Shown: positions 9,504 to 18,389 of the stretch, one piece after another | Numbering within the stretch: position 1 is the first letter of the stretch | How the letters are laid out: each line of letters begins with the position of its first letter | Assembly (NCBI RefSeq): GCF_000006765.1 | Contig: NC_002516.2 | DNA from: Pseudomonas aeruginosa PAO1 | GTDB taxonomy: Bacteria; Pseudomonadota; Gammaproteobacteria; Pseudomonadales; Pseudomonadaceae | Length of the DNA stretch: 64,000 bases | Reading direction: 5' to 3' (one strand) | Made by a program: the position numbers and the translations under genes | Notes under the pieces: generated by a model | What the model saw: the letters and a program-made list of their open reading frames with translations, nothing else | What the model was told of the DNA's origin: nothing | Databases searched by the model: none

Positions 9504-10139
9504 CTAATTATTAGATTCGATAAGGGCACGAAGGAAGCGCGGGTCAGCCAGTACGGCGAGGTGCCCGCCCGGGTATTCCCGCACTCGCGCGTCCAGGCGG
9601 TGGGCGAAGGTACGTTGCAGCGGCGGCGGGCTGAGCCGGTCGGCGGCCGCCACAACGTAGGTGACCGGGCAGGCTGGACGAACCTGCCGCGGCGGGTCGA
9701 TCAGCAATTGCGCTGGCTCGCTGGCGCTGGTCGGCACCTCGGCGCCGAGCAGTTCGAGGAAGCCGGCGCGGTCTTCCAGGCGGACCCGCCCTCCGAGCGG
9801 GTCGAGGCGGCATAGCCCGAGGAGATTGTCCTGGCCGCTGTCCTGGTAGCTTTCCAGCGCGCCGCCGCCCTCGCTGACCAGCGCGCTGAACAGGTACAGG
9901 TGCGCGGCGCGCTCGCCCAGGCGGGCCGCCAGGCATTGCGCCAGGTAGCCGCCGAAGCTGTGGCCGCAGAGTATCACCCGCTCCTCGCCGGCCAGCGTGG
10001 CGGCGGCCTGGTCCAGCCAATGCGCCAGGTCGCATCCGGGCGCGTCGCGCAGATGGTCGCAGCTTCGCCAGCCGGCGCCTTCCACGGACCAGGCGGAGCG
10101 GCGCAGGAAAAATCCCGAGACCAGCAGCGCGCCGCTCAT
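9504..10139 (-). CDS. Alpha/beta hydrolase (esterase/thioesterase-like), last gene of the biosynthetic operon, 211 aa
   Basis: GHSFGG nucleophile elbow, ADRLSP, GGHLAVL. ATG overlaps the MFS stop (ATGA). Confidence 0.82.
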   Translation of the reverse strand: MSGALLVSGFFLRRSAWSVEGAGWRSCDHLRDAPGCDLAHWLDQAAATLAGEERVILCGHSFGGYLAQCLAARLGERAAHLYLFSALVSEGGGALESYQDSGQDNLLGLCRLDPLGGRVRLEDRAGFLELLGAEVPTSASEPAQLLIDPPRQVRPACPVTYVVAAADRLSPPPLQRTFAHRLDARVREYPGGHLAVLADPRFLRALIESNN

Positions 10140-11365
10140 CCGCCGGCCCGCTCGGCCTGGCGCAGGCCGACCGCGCCGACCTGCAGCAGCATGATCACCC
10201 CGCACAGCGCGGCCAGGCCGAGGTACAGCGCCTGGCTGCCGGCATGGTCGAGCATGATCCCGCCGTACAGCGGTGCCAGCGCGGTGCCGAGGCTGTAGAG
10301 ATTGGCCGCGCCGAAATAGCTGCCGCGCAAGTCGTCGGGGGTCAGTTGGTCGACCTCCACGCTGAAGGTCGGGAACACGATCAGTTCGCCGAGGCTGAGT
10401 ACCACCGTGGCCAGCGCCAGGCCGGCGAACAGGGTCACCGGGGTCCAGGCGAAGCCTAGCTGGGCCAGGAGCATGAGCAGCATGCCGAGCATCAGGCGGC
10501 CGCCGGTGCCGGTGTTTTCCAGCAGGCGGAGGAGGGGAAACTGGGCGACCACTATGGTCAGCGCGTTGATGGTCACCAGCAGGGCGATGCTGTTGACCAC
10601 GTCGGGCAGACCGCTGCGGGTGAGGTACTGCACGAGGGTCGAATCGAAGGTGGCGTAGATCAGCGCGGCCAGCATGTTGCACAGCAACAGCAGGGTGAAG
10701 GCGCGATGCCGGCCCATGCTCAGGCAGGCTTCGAGGAACCCCGTCGAGGATCGCGGGGCAAGGCTGCGCCGCTTAAGTTCGAGGTGGTGCAGCAGGCGCC
10801 AGAGCAGCAGGCCGTAGCAGAAGTAGACCAGCGCGGTGACCAGGAAGGTGCCGGCCTGGGCGGCGACGCCGAGAGTCAGGCCGATCAGCGGGCCGAGGGC
10901 GGCGCCGAGGTTGATCAGGAAGTACCGGCAGTAGAGCGCCAGTTCCCGCGAGCGGCGATCCTCGACGCGGTCGCCGATCAGCGCCTTGCAACTGGATTCG
11001 AGCAGGGCGCAGCCGATGCTCACCCCGGAGATCGCCAGTCCGTAGGACAGCGGCTGGCCGCTGAAGCCCAGCAACACGAAGGAAAGCCCGCTGAGGCTGG
11101 TGCCGAAGAAGATCAGGCGCTTGCGCCCGAAACGGTCCGACAGCCAGCCGGTGTAGATGCCGCTGAGCGCGCCGCAGACGGTCGCCAGCGCCAGCAGCAG
11201 GCCGATGGCGCTGGCGGACAGCCGGAACTCGCGCCACAGCAGCAATGCCAGGAACGGCCAGACCATGAAGTAGGCGCCGCGGGTCAGCAGCGTACCGACG
11301 AGCATCACGTGGATTTCCGTCGGCAGGGCGCGGAAGCGTTGCACGCTGAAGGTGTTGTCGCTCAC
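10136..11365 (-). CDS. MFS exporter, 409 aa
   Basis: About 12 hydrophobic segments; motif A GWLSDRFGRK. GTG start overlaps the upstream stop. Confidence 0.9.
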   Translation of the reverse strand: MSDNTFSVQRFRALPTEIHVMLVGTLLTRGAYFMVWPFLALLLWREFRLSASAIGLLLALATVCGALSGIYTGWLSDRFGRKRLIFFGTSLSGLSFVLLGFSGQPLSYGLAISGVSIGCALLESSCKALIGDRVEDRRSRELALYCRYFLINLGAALGPLIGLTLGVAAQAGTFLVTALVYFCYGLLLWRLLHHLELKRRSLAPRSSTGFLEACLSMGRHRAFTLLLLCNMLAALIYATFDSTLVQYLTRSGLPDVVNSIALLVTINALTIVVAQFPLLRLLENTGTGGRLMLGMLLMLLAQLGFAWTPVTLFAGLALATVVLSLGELIVFPTFSVEVDQLTPDDLRGSYFGAANLYSLGTALAPLYGGIMLDHAGSQALYLGLAALCGVIMLLQVGAVGLRQAERAGG

Positions 11366-12321
11366 GGGCGGGGCTCCTGGGCGAGGGGACGGATGCCGCC
11401 GCGCAGGCTGCCGGCGGCTACCTGGTGGAACAGCGGCAGGAAGCTTTCCGGCAGTTCGCGGGTGAACTCGCTGCTCAGCCAGCAGCGCAGCAGGCAGCGG
11501 CGCTGCCGCTCGTCGTCGCTGAACTCGGTGCGCGCGTGCAGGGTGGTGTGGTTGTTCACCAGCACCAGCATGCCCTTGCTGAAGTCCAGTTCGGCATAGC
11601 CGTCGGCGCGTTCGATCGCCTCGTCCAGGCCGTCGAGCATGCTTCGCACCTGCGGGGCGAGGCTTAGCCCGTGGCGCGTCACCGATTCGTTGAACTTGCG
11701 GATATAGCGCAAGACGAAGGTCCGCGGGGTTTCCGTGAGCAGCGGCACCAGCGCGTAGTCGGCGTCGCCTTCGTCGCGCAGGTCGTGGGGGATCGGCTGG
11801 CCGAGCAGGGGCAGCCAGGCCGGATTGGCGGCTTCCAGGGTGGCGAGGACGTCGGCCGAGGAACGGATGCGGAAGGCGCCGCCCCGGCGTGCCGGCGACC
11901 AGCAGGCGAGCACCGTGAGGTCGGCGCGATCGGAGTGGAAGGCCAATTCCTGGCTGGTCAGGTGGCCGCGCTGCGGCGCGTCGCGGGCGTCGCGCAGGCC
12001 GAGGTCGCGCACTTCCTTGAGGTACTCGCCGTTGCGGTTGATCGCCACGGTGCGTCCCAGCCATTGGCAGAATGCGCGGAACACCCGCTGGAATTCGTCC
12101 TCGGCGAGTCCGCGCAGCAGCGCGGAATCGTGCAGCAGCACGCCGCTTCCATGCTCCAGTTCGTGATGCAGGCGCTGGCGCAGGAGAGCCTCCGCGCTAT
12201 CCGCGGGACGCCGCTCCAGCAGGCGCGCGAACAGCGTTTCCAGGCCGGCGGCGAAAGCGGCCGAAGCGCAGAACACCGCGTTGCCCCGCCAGGGCGCGGG
12301 GCGACGATGGATGGTTGTCAT
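11362..12321 (-). CDS. TauD/clavaminate-synthase-like Fe(II)/2-oxoglutarate dioxygenase, 319 aa
   Basis: LAFHSDRADL (HxD), NNHTTLHAR, RCLLRCWL. ATGA overlap with the upstream gene. Confidence 0.85.
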   Translation of the reverse strand: MTTIHRRPAPWRGNAVFCASAAFAAGLETLFARLLERRPADSAEALLRQRLHHELEHGSGVLLHDSALLRGLAEDEFQRVFRAFCQWLGRTVAINRNGEYLKEVRDLGLRDARDAPQRGHLTSQELAFHSDRADLTVLACWSPARRGGAFRIRSSADVLATLEAANPAWLPLLGQPIPHDLRDEGDADYALVPLLTETPRTFVLRYIRKFNESVTRHGLSLAPQVRSMLDGLDEAIERADGYAELDFSKGMLVLVNNHTTLHARTEFSDDERQRRCLLRCWLSSEFTRELPESFLPLFHQVAAGSLRGGIRPLAQEPRP

Positions 12322-13916
12322 AGCGAGGCTCCGTATTCCTGCTGCCAGAGCGACAGGGTGGTGAGGGTGAACAACTGGTCGCCGGGCAGCGCCGCGACGC
12401 TCGGTGCATCCAGGCCTTCCAGGCCGAGGTCGTGGAGCGCCGGTAGGCGTTCGGCGAGGTGCCGGCGCATTTCCCCGAGGGCCTGCGGCCAACGTTCGAA
12501 CGGCAGGCGGAAATGCCGTTTCGGCTGCGCCTGCCAGCGTTTCTCGCGCTGCTCCAGGAGCGCCACCAGCGGTGCCTTGGCGGTGTCGCCGACGATCCGC
12601 TGGAGGCGCCCGGCGCGCTGCGCCAGGGCGCCATGCAGGTAGGGGGTGCGCGCTTCGATGGTGCGCGACATCAGCAGATGGTCGGCGCGGCGCAGCAGCG
12701 GCTCCAGCGAGTAGTGCAGGTCGAACTGGCCGATCGCCGCCTCGAGGCCCTGGCCGAGGGCCTCGTGGGCGAGTTCCTCGATCCGCTCGGCGACCCGTCG
12801 GCCCGCCGGTTCCGCCAGCAGCGCGGCCTTGCGCCGGTACTCGCCGAACCAGGCGGCGGCAAAGCGCCGCGGTTCCGGTGTGTCGCGCCGGCGCCAGAGT
12901 TCGAGATGGCGCGGGTAGCCCCAGAACAGTTCGTCGGCGCCTTCGCCGAGAAGCACGCAGTGATAGCCCTGCTCGCCGATACCGTCGGCCAGGCGCTGGT
13001 ACATCAGCAGGCTGGACATCCGTGTCGCCCCGCCGAAGTTGCCGACCGCGCGACGCAGCAGCGGCATGAAGGCTTCCTGGCGCAGCTCGAAGCGTTGCAG
13101 CCGAGGGTGTGGCAGCAGGCTTTCCTCGTCGCCTTCCAGGCACAGGTGAAAGCGTTGCAACTGCGGGTCCAGGTAGCTGCCGAGCAGGTTGGAATCGACC
13201 CCGCCGCTGACCAGCAGGGCGCAGGGGCGGAAGGTCTGGCGGCAGCGTTCGAGGGTTTCGCCGAGCTGCTCGTCGAGGCTGTCCACCTCGCTGGCCGGGG
13301 CGGTGGCCAGCCGCTGGCGCTGGCAGAGGCGCGGACGCTCCTGGGAGAGATCGAAGCGCAACACCTCGCCGGGCAGCAGCAGACGGACCTGCTGGAACAG
13401 GGTCTGGCCTTCCAGCGGCACGCCGGCGGCGACCACCTGGGCGATCGCCTCGGCGTCGGCGCGGGCGCCGCCGAGCAGGTGCAGCAGCGCCCGCGGCTCG
13501 GAGGCGAAGGCCAGCAGGCCGCGCTCGGGCTGGTAGCTGTAGTACAGCGGCTTGATGCCGAACTCGTCGCGCAGCAGGGTCAATTGCCGGGTCTGCGGGT
13601 CCCAGCTGGCGAGGGCGTACATGCCGTCCGGCAGTACCCCGCGCTGCAAGCCGTCGAGCAGCAGGCGGATCTCGCCATGGATTTCGCAGCCGGCCTGGTA
13701 GACCTCGCCGTTGTAGGCGACCCGCCGCTGACCCTCCTGCGGCGGCAGCGGTACCGCCGCGGCGCCGGACATCGGCAGGCGGGTCATGCCGATGGCGCCG
13801 TTCGGCAGGGCCGCGATGCCCTCGCCGAACGGGCCGCGATGGGCCAGCAGGCGTAGCGCTCCGGCGAAGCGCGAGACACTGAAACCGGTGCCGACGTAAC
13901 CGAGGATGCCGCACAT
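12318..13916 (-). CDS. Asparagine synthetase B-like amidotransferase / lactam-synthetase homologue, 532 aa
   Basis: N-terminal MCGILG (Ntn Cys), HRGP, RDEFGIKPLYY, PP-loop LVSGGVDSN, GEGADELFWGY. Confidence 0.88.
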   Translation of the reverse strand: MCGILGYVGTGFSVSRFAGALRLLAHRGPFGEGIAALPNGAIGMTRLPMSGAAAVPLPPQEGQRRVAYNGEVYQAGCEIHGEIRLLLDGLQRGVLPDGMYALASWDPQTRQLTLLRDEFGIKPLYYSYQPERGLLAFASEPRALLHLLGGARADAEAIAQVVAAGVPLEGQTLFQQVRLLLPGEVLRFDLSQERPRLCQRQRLATAPASEVDSLDEQLGETLERCRQTFRPCALLVSGGVDSNLLGSYLDPQLQRFHLCLEGDEESLLPHPRLQRFELRQEAFMPLLRRAVGNFGGATRMSSLLMYQRLADGIGEQGYHCVLLGEGADELFWGYPRHLELWRRRDTPEPRRFAAAWFGEYRRKAALLAEPAGRRVAERIEELAHEALGQGLEAAIGQFDLHYSLEPLLRRADHLLMSRTIEARTPYLHGALAQRAGRLQRIVGDTAKAPLVALLEQREKRWQAQPKRHFRLPFERWPQALGEMRRHLAERLPALHDLGLEGLDAPSVAALPGDQLFTLTTLSLWQQEYGASL

Positions 13917-15394
13917 CACGAGGCTTCCCGTTGCAGCAGGGCGGCGAGCGCACGGCGGTCGTGCTTGCCGGCGCCGTTCAGCGGCAGGGCCTGGTGCGAC
14001 AGCACCACGCGCTGTGGCGCGCGGAGGGTGCCGAGCTGCTGCTGGAGCCAGGGCAGGAAGGCGAACTCGACCTGCGGCGCGGTGTGGATCACGGCGACAT
14101 AGTCTTCGCCATAGAGCGGGCAGTCGACCTTCAGGCAGCAGACGTCGATCACCTCGTCCAGGCCGTTGAGCGCCCTTTCGCATTCATTCAGGTGGAACAG
14201 GTTGCCGCCCTTGTTGATGGTGCCGTCGCAACGGCCGAGGACGTGCACGCAGCGGTCCTCGTCGAAGTAGGCGAGGTCCTGGGTGTTCAGCCAGCCGTCC
14301 TCGAGCACCTGGGCGGTCAGGTCGGGGCGGTTGACGTAGCCGGAGAACAGGCTCGGCGTGCGCACCCACAGGCGCCCGCGTTCGCCGCTGCCCTCCAGCG
14401 GGCGGCCGTCGGGGTCGGTCAGCTTGAGTTCCAGGCCGACGGCAGGTCCCACCGAGTTGTCGAACGCATCGCCGCGACGCTTGCCGAAGAGGAAGGCGAA
14501 GCCGCACTCGCTGAGGCCGTAGATGTTCGCCAGCGCCGCGTAGTCGCGCTGGAAGGCCGCCTGCAGGTCGGCGTCCAGGCGCGCCGAGCCGGCGACGCAG
14601 AGCAGGCGCTGCAACGGCAAGCGGCGCGGCGGCGGGGAGCCTTCCTTGACCATGTGGTTGACCACCGGCGGCACCAGGTAGAGGAAACTGATGCCGAAGC
14701 GTTCCACGCATTCCCAGAAGCCTTCGCTGTCGGCCCAGCAGTGCAGCGGCAGGAGCACCGCGCTGCCGCCGTACAGCAGCGGGAAGAGGAAATTGATGCC
14801 GAGGATGCCCAGGCCGCTGATCCGGTAGAAGCAACCGGAGCGCGTGTGCTCGCCGATGCCCAGGCAGTCGCGGCCGATGCGGTAGGCATGGAGCATGGCC
14901 TGCTGGCTGAGTTCGATGCCTTTCGGCTGGCCGGTGGTGCCCGAGGTGAACAGGATCATATGGCTGTGCGCGGCGCGGTCGAGCCGGCGCGTCGCGCTGC
15001 GCTCGAAGTCCAGCGCCAGGCGCAGCCCGGCCAGCGCGCCCTCGAGCGGATGTTCGCTGGCCAGCGCTTCCAGGCGCATCTCGTCGACGATGGCCTGCTT
15101 CGCGGCCTCCCCCCACTCGGGATCGATCAGCACCAGATGCTTGCCCGCGCGCATGACCGCATAGATCAGGCAGAGGTTGCGGTAGCTGTTGTCGAGCAGC
15201 ACGCCGACACTGCGGCAGGCATGCGCGGCGATCTGCTCGGCGAGGGCATCGACCTGGCGGTCGGCGTCGCCCCAGGTGTATTCCAGCGGTCGCTCCGGCT
15301 CGCGGGCGTCGATCAGGAACGGCCGCCGCGGGTCGGCGCTGCCGAGATGGCGGAGGGTGCTGTCGAGCGATACGGGTACGGGGAGGCTGCTCAT
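13916..15394 (-). CDS. Stand-alone ANL-superfamily adenylating enzyme (acyl-CoA/amide ligase-like), 492 aa
   Basis: LFTSGTTGQPKG, YGLSECG, WLNTQDL, GAGKHDR; no carrier domain. Confidence 0.88.
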   Translation of the reverse strand: MSSLPVPVSLDSTLRHLGSADPRRPFLIDAREPERPLEYTWGDADRQVDALAEQIAAHACRSVGVLLDNSYRNLCLIYAVMRAGKHLVLIDPEWGEAAKQAIVDEMRLEALASEHPLEGALAGLRLALDFERSATRRLDRAAHSHMILFTSGTTGQPKGIELSQQAMLHAYRIGRDCLGIGEHTRSGCFYRISGLGILGINFLFPLLYGGSAVLLPLHCWADSEGFWECVERFGISFLYLVPPVVNHMVKEGSPPPRRLPLQRLLCVAGSARLDADLQAAFQRDYAALANIYGLSECGFAFLFGKRRGDAFDNSVGPAVGLELKLTDPDGRPLEGSGERGRLWVRTPSLFSGYVNRPDLTAQVLEDGWLNTQDLAYFDEDRCVHVLGRCDGTINKGGNLFHLNECERALNGLDEVIDVCCLKVDCPLYGEDYVAVIHTAPQVEFAFLPWLQQQLGTLRAPQRVVLSHQALPLNGAGKHDRRALAALLQREAS

Positions 15395-15403
15395 GCCGGC
15401 TCC

Positions 15404-16150
15404 TCAGCGATTCAGCGCGGTGAAGGCGTGGATGTCGAAGTTCACCGCCACCTGCGGCGCGCTCTCGATCTCGCGCACCGCGGCGATGAAGCGGTCGGCG
15501 TAGTCTTCGCCGCCTTCCTGCTCGATGTAGCGGGTCACGTAGCTGGTGGAGAGGAAGAACAGCGCGACCTCCTCCGGGCTGAGGAAGATGATGTTGGCGA
15601 ACACTTCGCGGCGGCAGTCGCGCAGGTGCGGGCAACTGCCCATGATCTCCAGGGTGTCGTCATAGCGGGTCAGGCGCGGATCACGGTGTTTGGCCCACTT
15701 GTTCACCAGTTCGTGCTCGATGAAGTCGCGCAGCGGCCCGTAGGCGATCGGGAAGTCGTACTTGTAGGCGCAGAACAGCCCGCCGGGGGTCAGCCAGTCG
15801 GCCATGCGCGTCAGCACCTGCTTGCGGTCCATCCAGTAGAAGGAGGTGGCGCTGGTGACCAGGTCGAAGCGGCGTTGCGGCGCGAAGGTTTCCGCCGGCG
15901 ACACGCTGAAGCGGATCTCCGGGTAGTTCTCGCGGGCCTTGGCGATCAGCGCCTCGCCCAGGTCGCTGCCTTCCACGTAGCGGAACCAGGGTTGCAGGCG
16001 GACGGTCGAGACGCCGTTGCCGCAGCCGATGTCCAGCGCCGCTTCGCGTGCCGGGGCGCGTTCGGCGAGGTTGCGGTAGAGCGAATCCGGATAGGCGATC
16101 TTGCCGCGGACCACGTTGTAGGCGTCTGCGTGCTTGTCGAACTGCTTCAT
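15404..16150 (-). CDS. Class I SAM-dependent methyltransferase (Tmt1/Tam-like small-molecule MTase), 248 aa
   Basis: ALDIGCGNG motif I, FDLVTSATSFYWMD, N-terminal Y..R...YP..LY pattern. Confidence 0.85.
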   Translation of the reverse strand: MKQFDKHADAYNVVRGKIAYPDSLYRNLAERAPAREAALDIGCGNGVSTVRLQPWFRYVEGSDLGEALIAKARENYPEIRFSVSPAETFAPQRRFDLVTSATSFYWMDRKQVLTRMADWLTPGGLFCAYKYDFPIAYGPLRDFIEHELVNKWAKHRDPRLTRYDDTLEIMGSCPHLRDCRREVFANIIFLSPEEVALFFLSTSYVTRYIEQEGGEDYADRFIAAVREIESAPQVAVNFDIHAFTALNR

Positions 16151-17514
16151 TGGGTAATCTCCAGTAGGCTCTCGTGGTAATCGCCCTTGTGGACGAAATT
16201 GATGTAGGTGCCGCTGCCGCCGAGGTAGCGGTAGCTGTGCTCGACGCCGGCGGGGATGAACACGCTGGCCGGGCTTTGCAAACGGCGCAGTTGGCCGCCG
16301 AGCAGGACTTCCACCTCCAGGCCGCGGTAGTCCTCGTCGCTGCCGAGGAACAGGAACACCGAGTCGCAGTTGTGCACGTGGCTGTCGACGTGGCCCGGCC
16401 CGCCGTCGCCGACGTCGTGGAACTGGCGGGCGATGAAATAGAACGGCGAGCCGTCGAGCAGGCGCCGGTCGAGCATGACGAAGCGCTTGCCGGGGCCGTG
16501 GCGGTGGTACTTCAGTTCGCTGGCGGATTTCTCGAAAGGCGTGAGGAACAGGGATTGGCGGTGCATCGGCGTGTAGCGTTGCAGCGAGACGCGGCCGTTG
16601 ATCAGTTCCGGATCGAAGGCGCTGTAGGCGTCCTGGTTTTCCTGCATGGCCAACTGGTGCAGGCGGGCGACATGGACGAAGGCGTTCTCGCCGACCACCG
16701 GGTGCATCGGCGAACGCTTGATCCGGCTGTGCGCCTCGACCAGCTCGGAGACCGCGAGGACGTTCTTCAGGTTGAAGCGGTCGGCGGCGAACTTGGTGTG
16801 CAGCAGGGTCAGCAACTGGAAGGTATCGGTGATCCCGGCGCGTTCGCCGATCCCGTTGCAGCTCGCCGAGTGCCACTGGACCCCGGCCTGGATCGCCGCC
16901 AGGGTGTTGCCCAGGGCCAGGCCGCGGTCGTTGTGCACGTGGTACTCGAAGACCACGTCGGGGAACTCGTGGCGCAGCAGCGAGAGCACGTCGAAGGTCT
17001 CGTCCGGCAGCAGGATGCCCACGCTGTCGGCGAAGCAGATGCGATCGGCGCCGGCGTCGCGCGCGGTGGCGATCATGCTGACCAGGTCGCTGACCGAGGT
17101 GCGCGCGGCGTCTTCCACCGTGGCCCGGACCCGCAGGCCGCGTTCGCGGGCGTAGCGGATCGCGTCGTGGAACAGTTCGAGCACCTCCTCGCGGTTCATG
17201 CCCTTGAACTTGGTTTCCAGCGAGATCGCGTTGATCGAGGCGAACAGCCCGACCCACTGCGCACCGGTTTCCAGCACCGCGTCGATATCCTCCCGGCGCG
17301 CCCGGGCGTGGGCCAGCACCGGCGTGGAAACCGCCGCCACCACGGCGCGTACCCGCTCGCGTTCGTCCGCGGAAATCCGCGGGTGGCCGCACTCGATCAT
17401 ATCCACCCCCAGCGCCGCGATTTCCCTCGCCAGCTGGACCGACTGCGCGCTGTCGAAGCTGCACTGGCGGGCCTGGCACCCCTCGCGCAGGGTGCAGTCG
17501 ATGACCCGGATCAT
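16147..17514 (-). CDS. IPMS/homocitrate-synthase-like DRE-TIM enzyme with C-terminal cupin domain, 455 aa
   Basis: DCTLREGCQ, EYHVHNDRGLA, GIGERAG; C-terminus HVDSHVHNCDS...VFIPAGVEH. Confidence 0.85.
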   Translation of the reverse strand: MIRVIDCTLREGCQARQCSFDSAQSVQLAREIAALGVDMIECGHPRISADERERVRAVVAAVSTPVLAHARARREDIDAVLETGAQWVGLFASINAISLETKFKGMNREEVLELFHDAIRYARERGLRVRATVEDAARTSVSDLVSMIATARDAGADRICFADSVGILLPDETFDVLSLLRHEFPDVVFEYHVHNDRGLALGNTLAAIQAGVQWHSASCNGIGERAGITDTFQLLTLLHTKFAADRFNLKNVLAVSELVEAHSRIKRSPMHPVVGENAFVHVARLHQLAMQENQDAYSAFDPELINGRVSLQRYTPMHRQSLFLTPFEKSASELKYHRHGPGKRFVMLDRRLLDGSPFYFIARQFHDVGDGGPGHVDSHVHNCDSVFLFLGSDEDYRGLEVEVLLGGQLRRLQSPASVFIPAGVEHSYRYLGGSGTYINFVHKGDYHESLLEITQ

Positions 17515-18389
17515 CGTCTCGCTCCCGCGTCCGAGGCCGACAGCGTCGCCAGCCGCGGCTCCCTGATGAAGTCGTGGATCTTCGGCGCATGACCGAACTG
17601 GCGGGAGAAACGGGCGAGGAAGGTGACCATCTTCAGCGAGTAGTCGCACAGCTGCGGAAGATAGTGGTCGAGGTTGTCCTCGGTGATTGCCTCGTCCGGG
17701 AACACGCTTTTCAGGTTGGAAGCGATCCAGGTTTTCATGCTGTCCTCTCGATTCAGTTGGTGGAATTCGTCGTCCTCGACGAAGACGATCGGCATGCCGA
17801 TGCGCAGCTGGCCGCTGCGGTTGTTGTGGCTGCCATGTGCGGTGCGGGCGGGCCAGACCAGGACGTCGCCGGCGTCCAGCTCGGCATCCACCAGTTGCTC
17901 GCGGGAAATGCCGTTGGCCTGTAGGTCGATGCACTTGAACATCGGGTAGGCGAGGTCGAATTCGTGAGGGAAGATCGTGCGGTCGTCGGGGTAATAGAAC
18001 ATCCCGCCGTTGTCGTTCCGCGATGGGGTCAGGGCGACCCAGAAGGTCTGCGCGCTTTCGTAGCGCTTCTCCCACAGCGCGATGTCCTGGTGCAGCGGGA
18101 TGTAGGACTCGTCGGCATGGCGCTTGATGAACGCCGCGTGGCGCAGCAGGCGCGGCTTGCGCAGATGGTCGCGGACCAGCGCGTCGAGCCCGGAACGGGC
18201 GAACCAGTCGTCCCAGAAGAGCGGATCGTGGCGGTGCAGGTTGCGCACCTTCTTCGCCTCGCGGCGCTCGTCGTCGGCGATGTCGAATTCCGGTTCCAGC
18301 GCCGGGTCCGGCCGCTGCGCCGCGGCGAGGATCCAGTCCAGCGCCTGTTGGCGCAATTGCGGGGATACCACCTGCCGATAGTGTTTCAT
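17511..18389 (-). CDS. PhyH-family Fe/2OG dioxygenase with C-terminal carrier-protein-like domain, 292 aa
   Basis: IPLHQD (HxD), FWVALT, TAHGSHNN; C-terminal ~75 aa with LCDYSLKMVTFLARF...IHDFIREPRLATLS. Confidence 0.8.
   Translation of the reverse strand: MKHYRQVVSPQLRQQALDWILAAAQRPDPALEPEFDIADDERREAKKVRNLHRHDPLFWDDWFARSGLDALVRDHLRKPRLLRHAAFIKRHADESYIPLHQDIALWEKRYESAQTFWVALTPSRNDNGGMFYYPDDRTIFPHEFDLAYPMFKCIDLQANGISREQLVDAELDAGDVLVWPARTAHGSHNNRSGQLRIGMPIVFVEDDEFHQLNREDSMKTWIASNLKSVFPDEAITEDNLDHYLPQLCDYSLKMVTFLARFSRQFGHAPKIHDFIREPRLATLSASDAGARR

Noticed and set aside
12318-13916. Calling this gene a bona fide beta-lactam synthetase
   Set aside because: It keeps the N-terminal Ntn Cys that Bls/CarA lack, so it is kept only as one hypothesis.
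17511-18389. PhyH-type halogenase (SyrB2-like) acting on a carrier
   Set aside because: The facial triad is HQD with the carboxylate present, which indicates a hydroxylase or desaturase.
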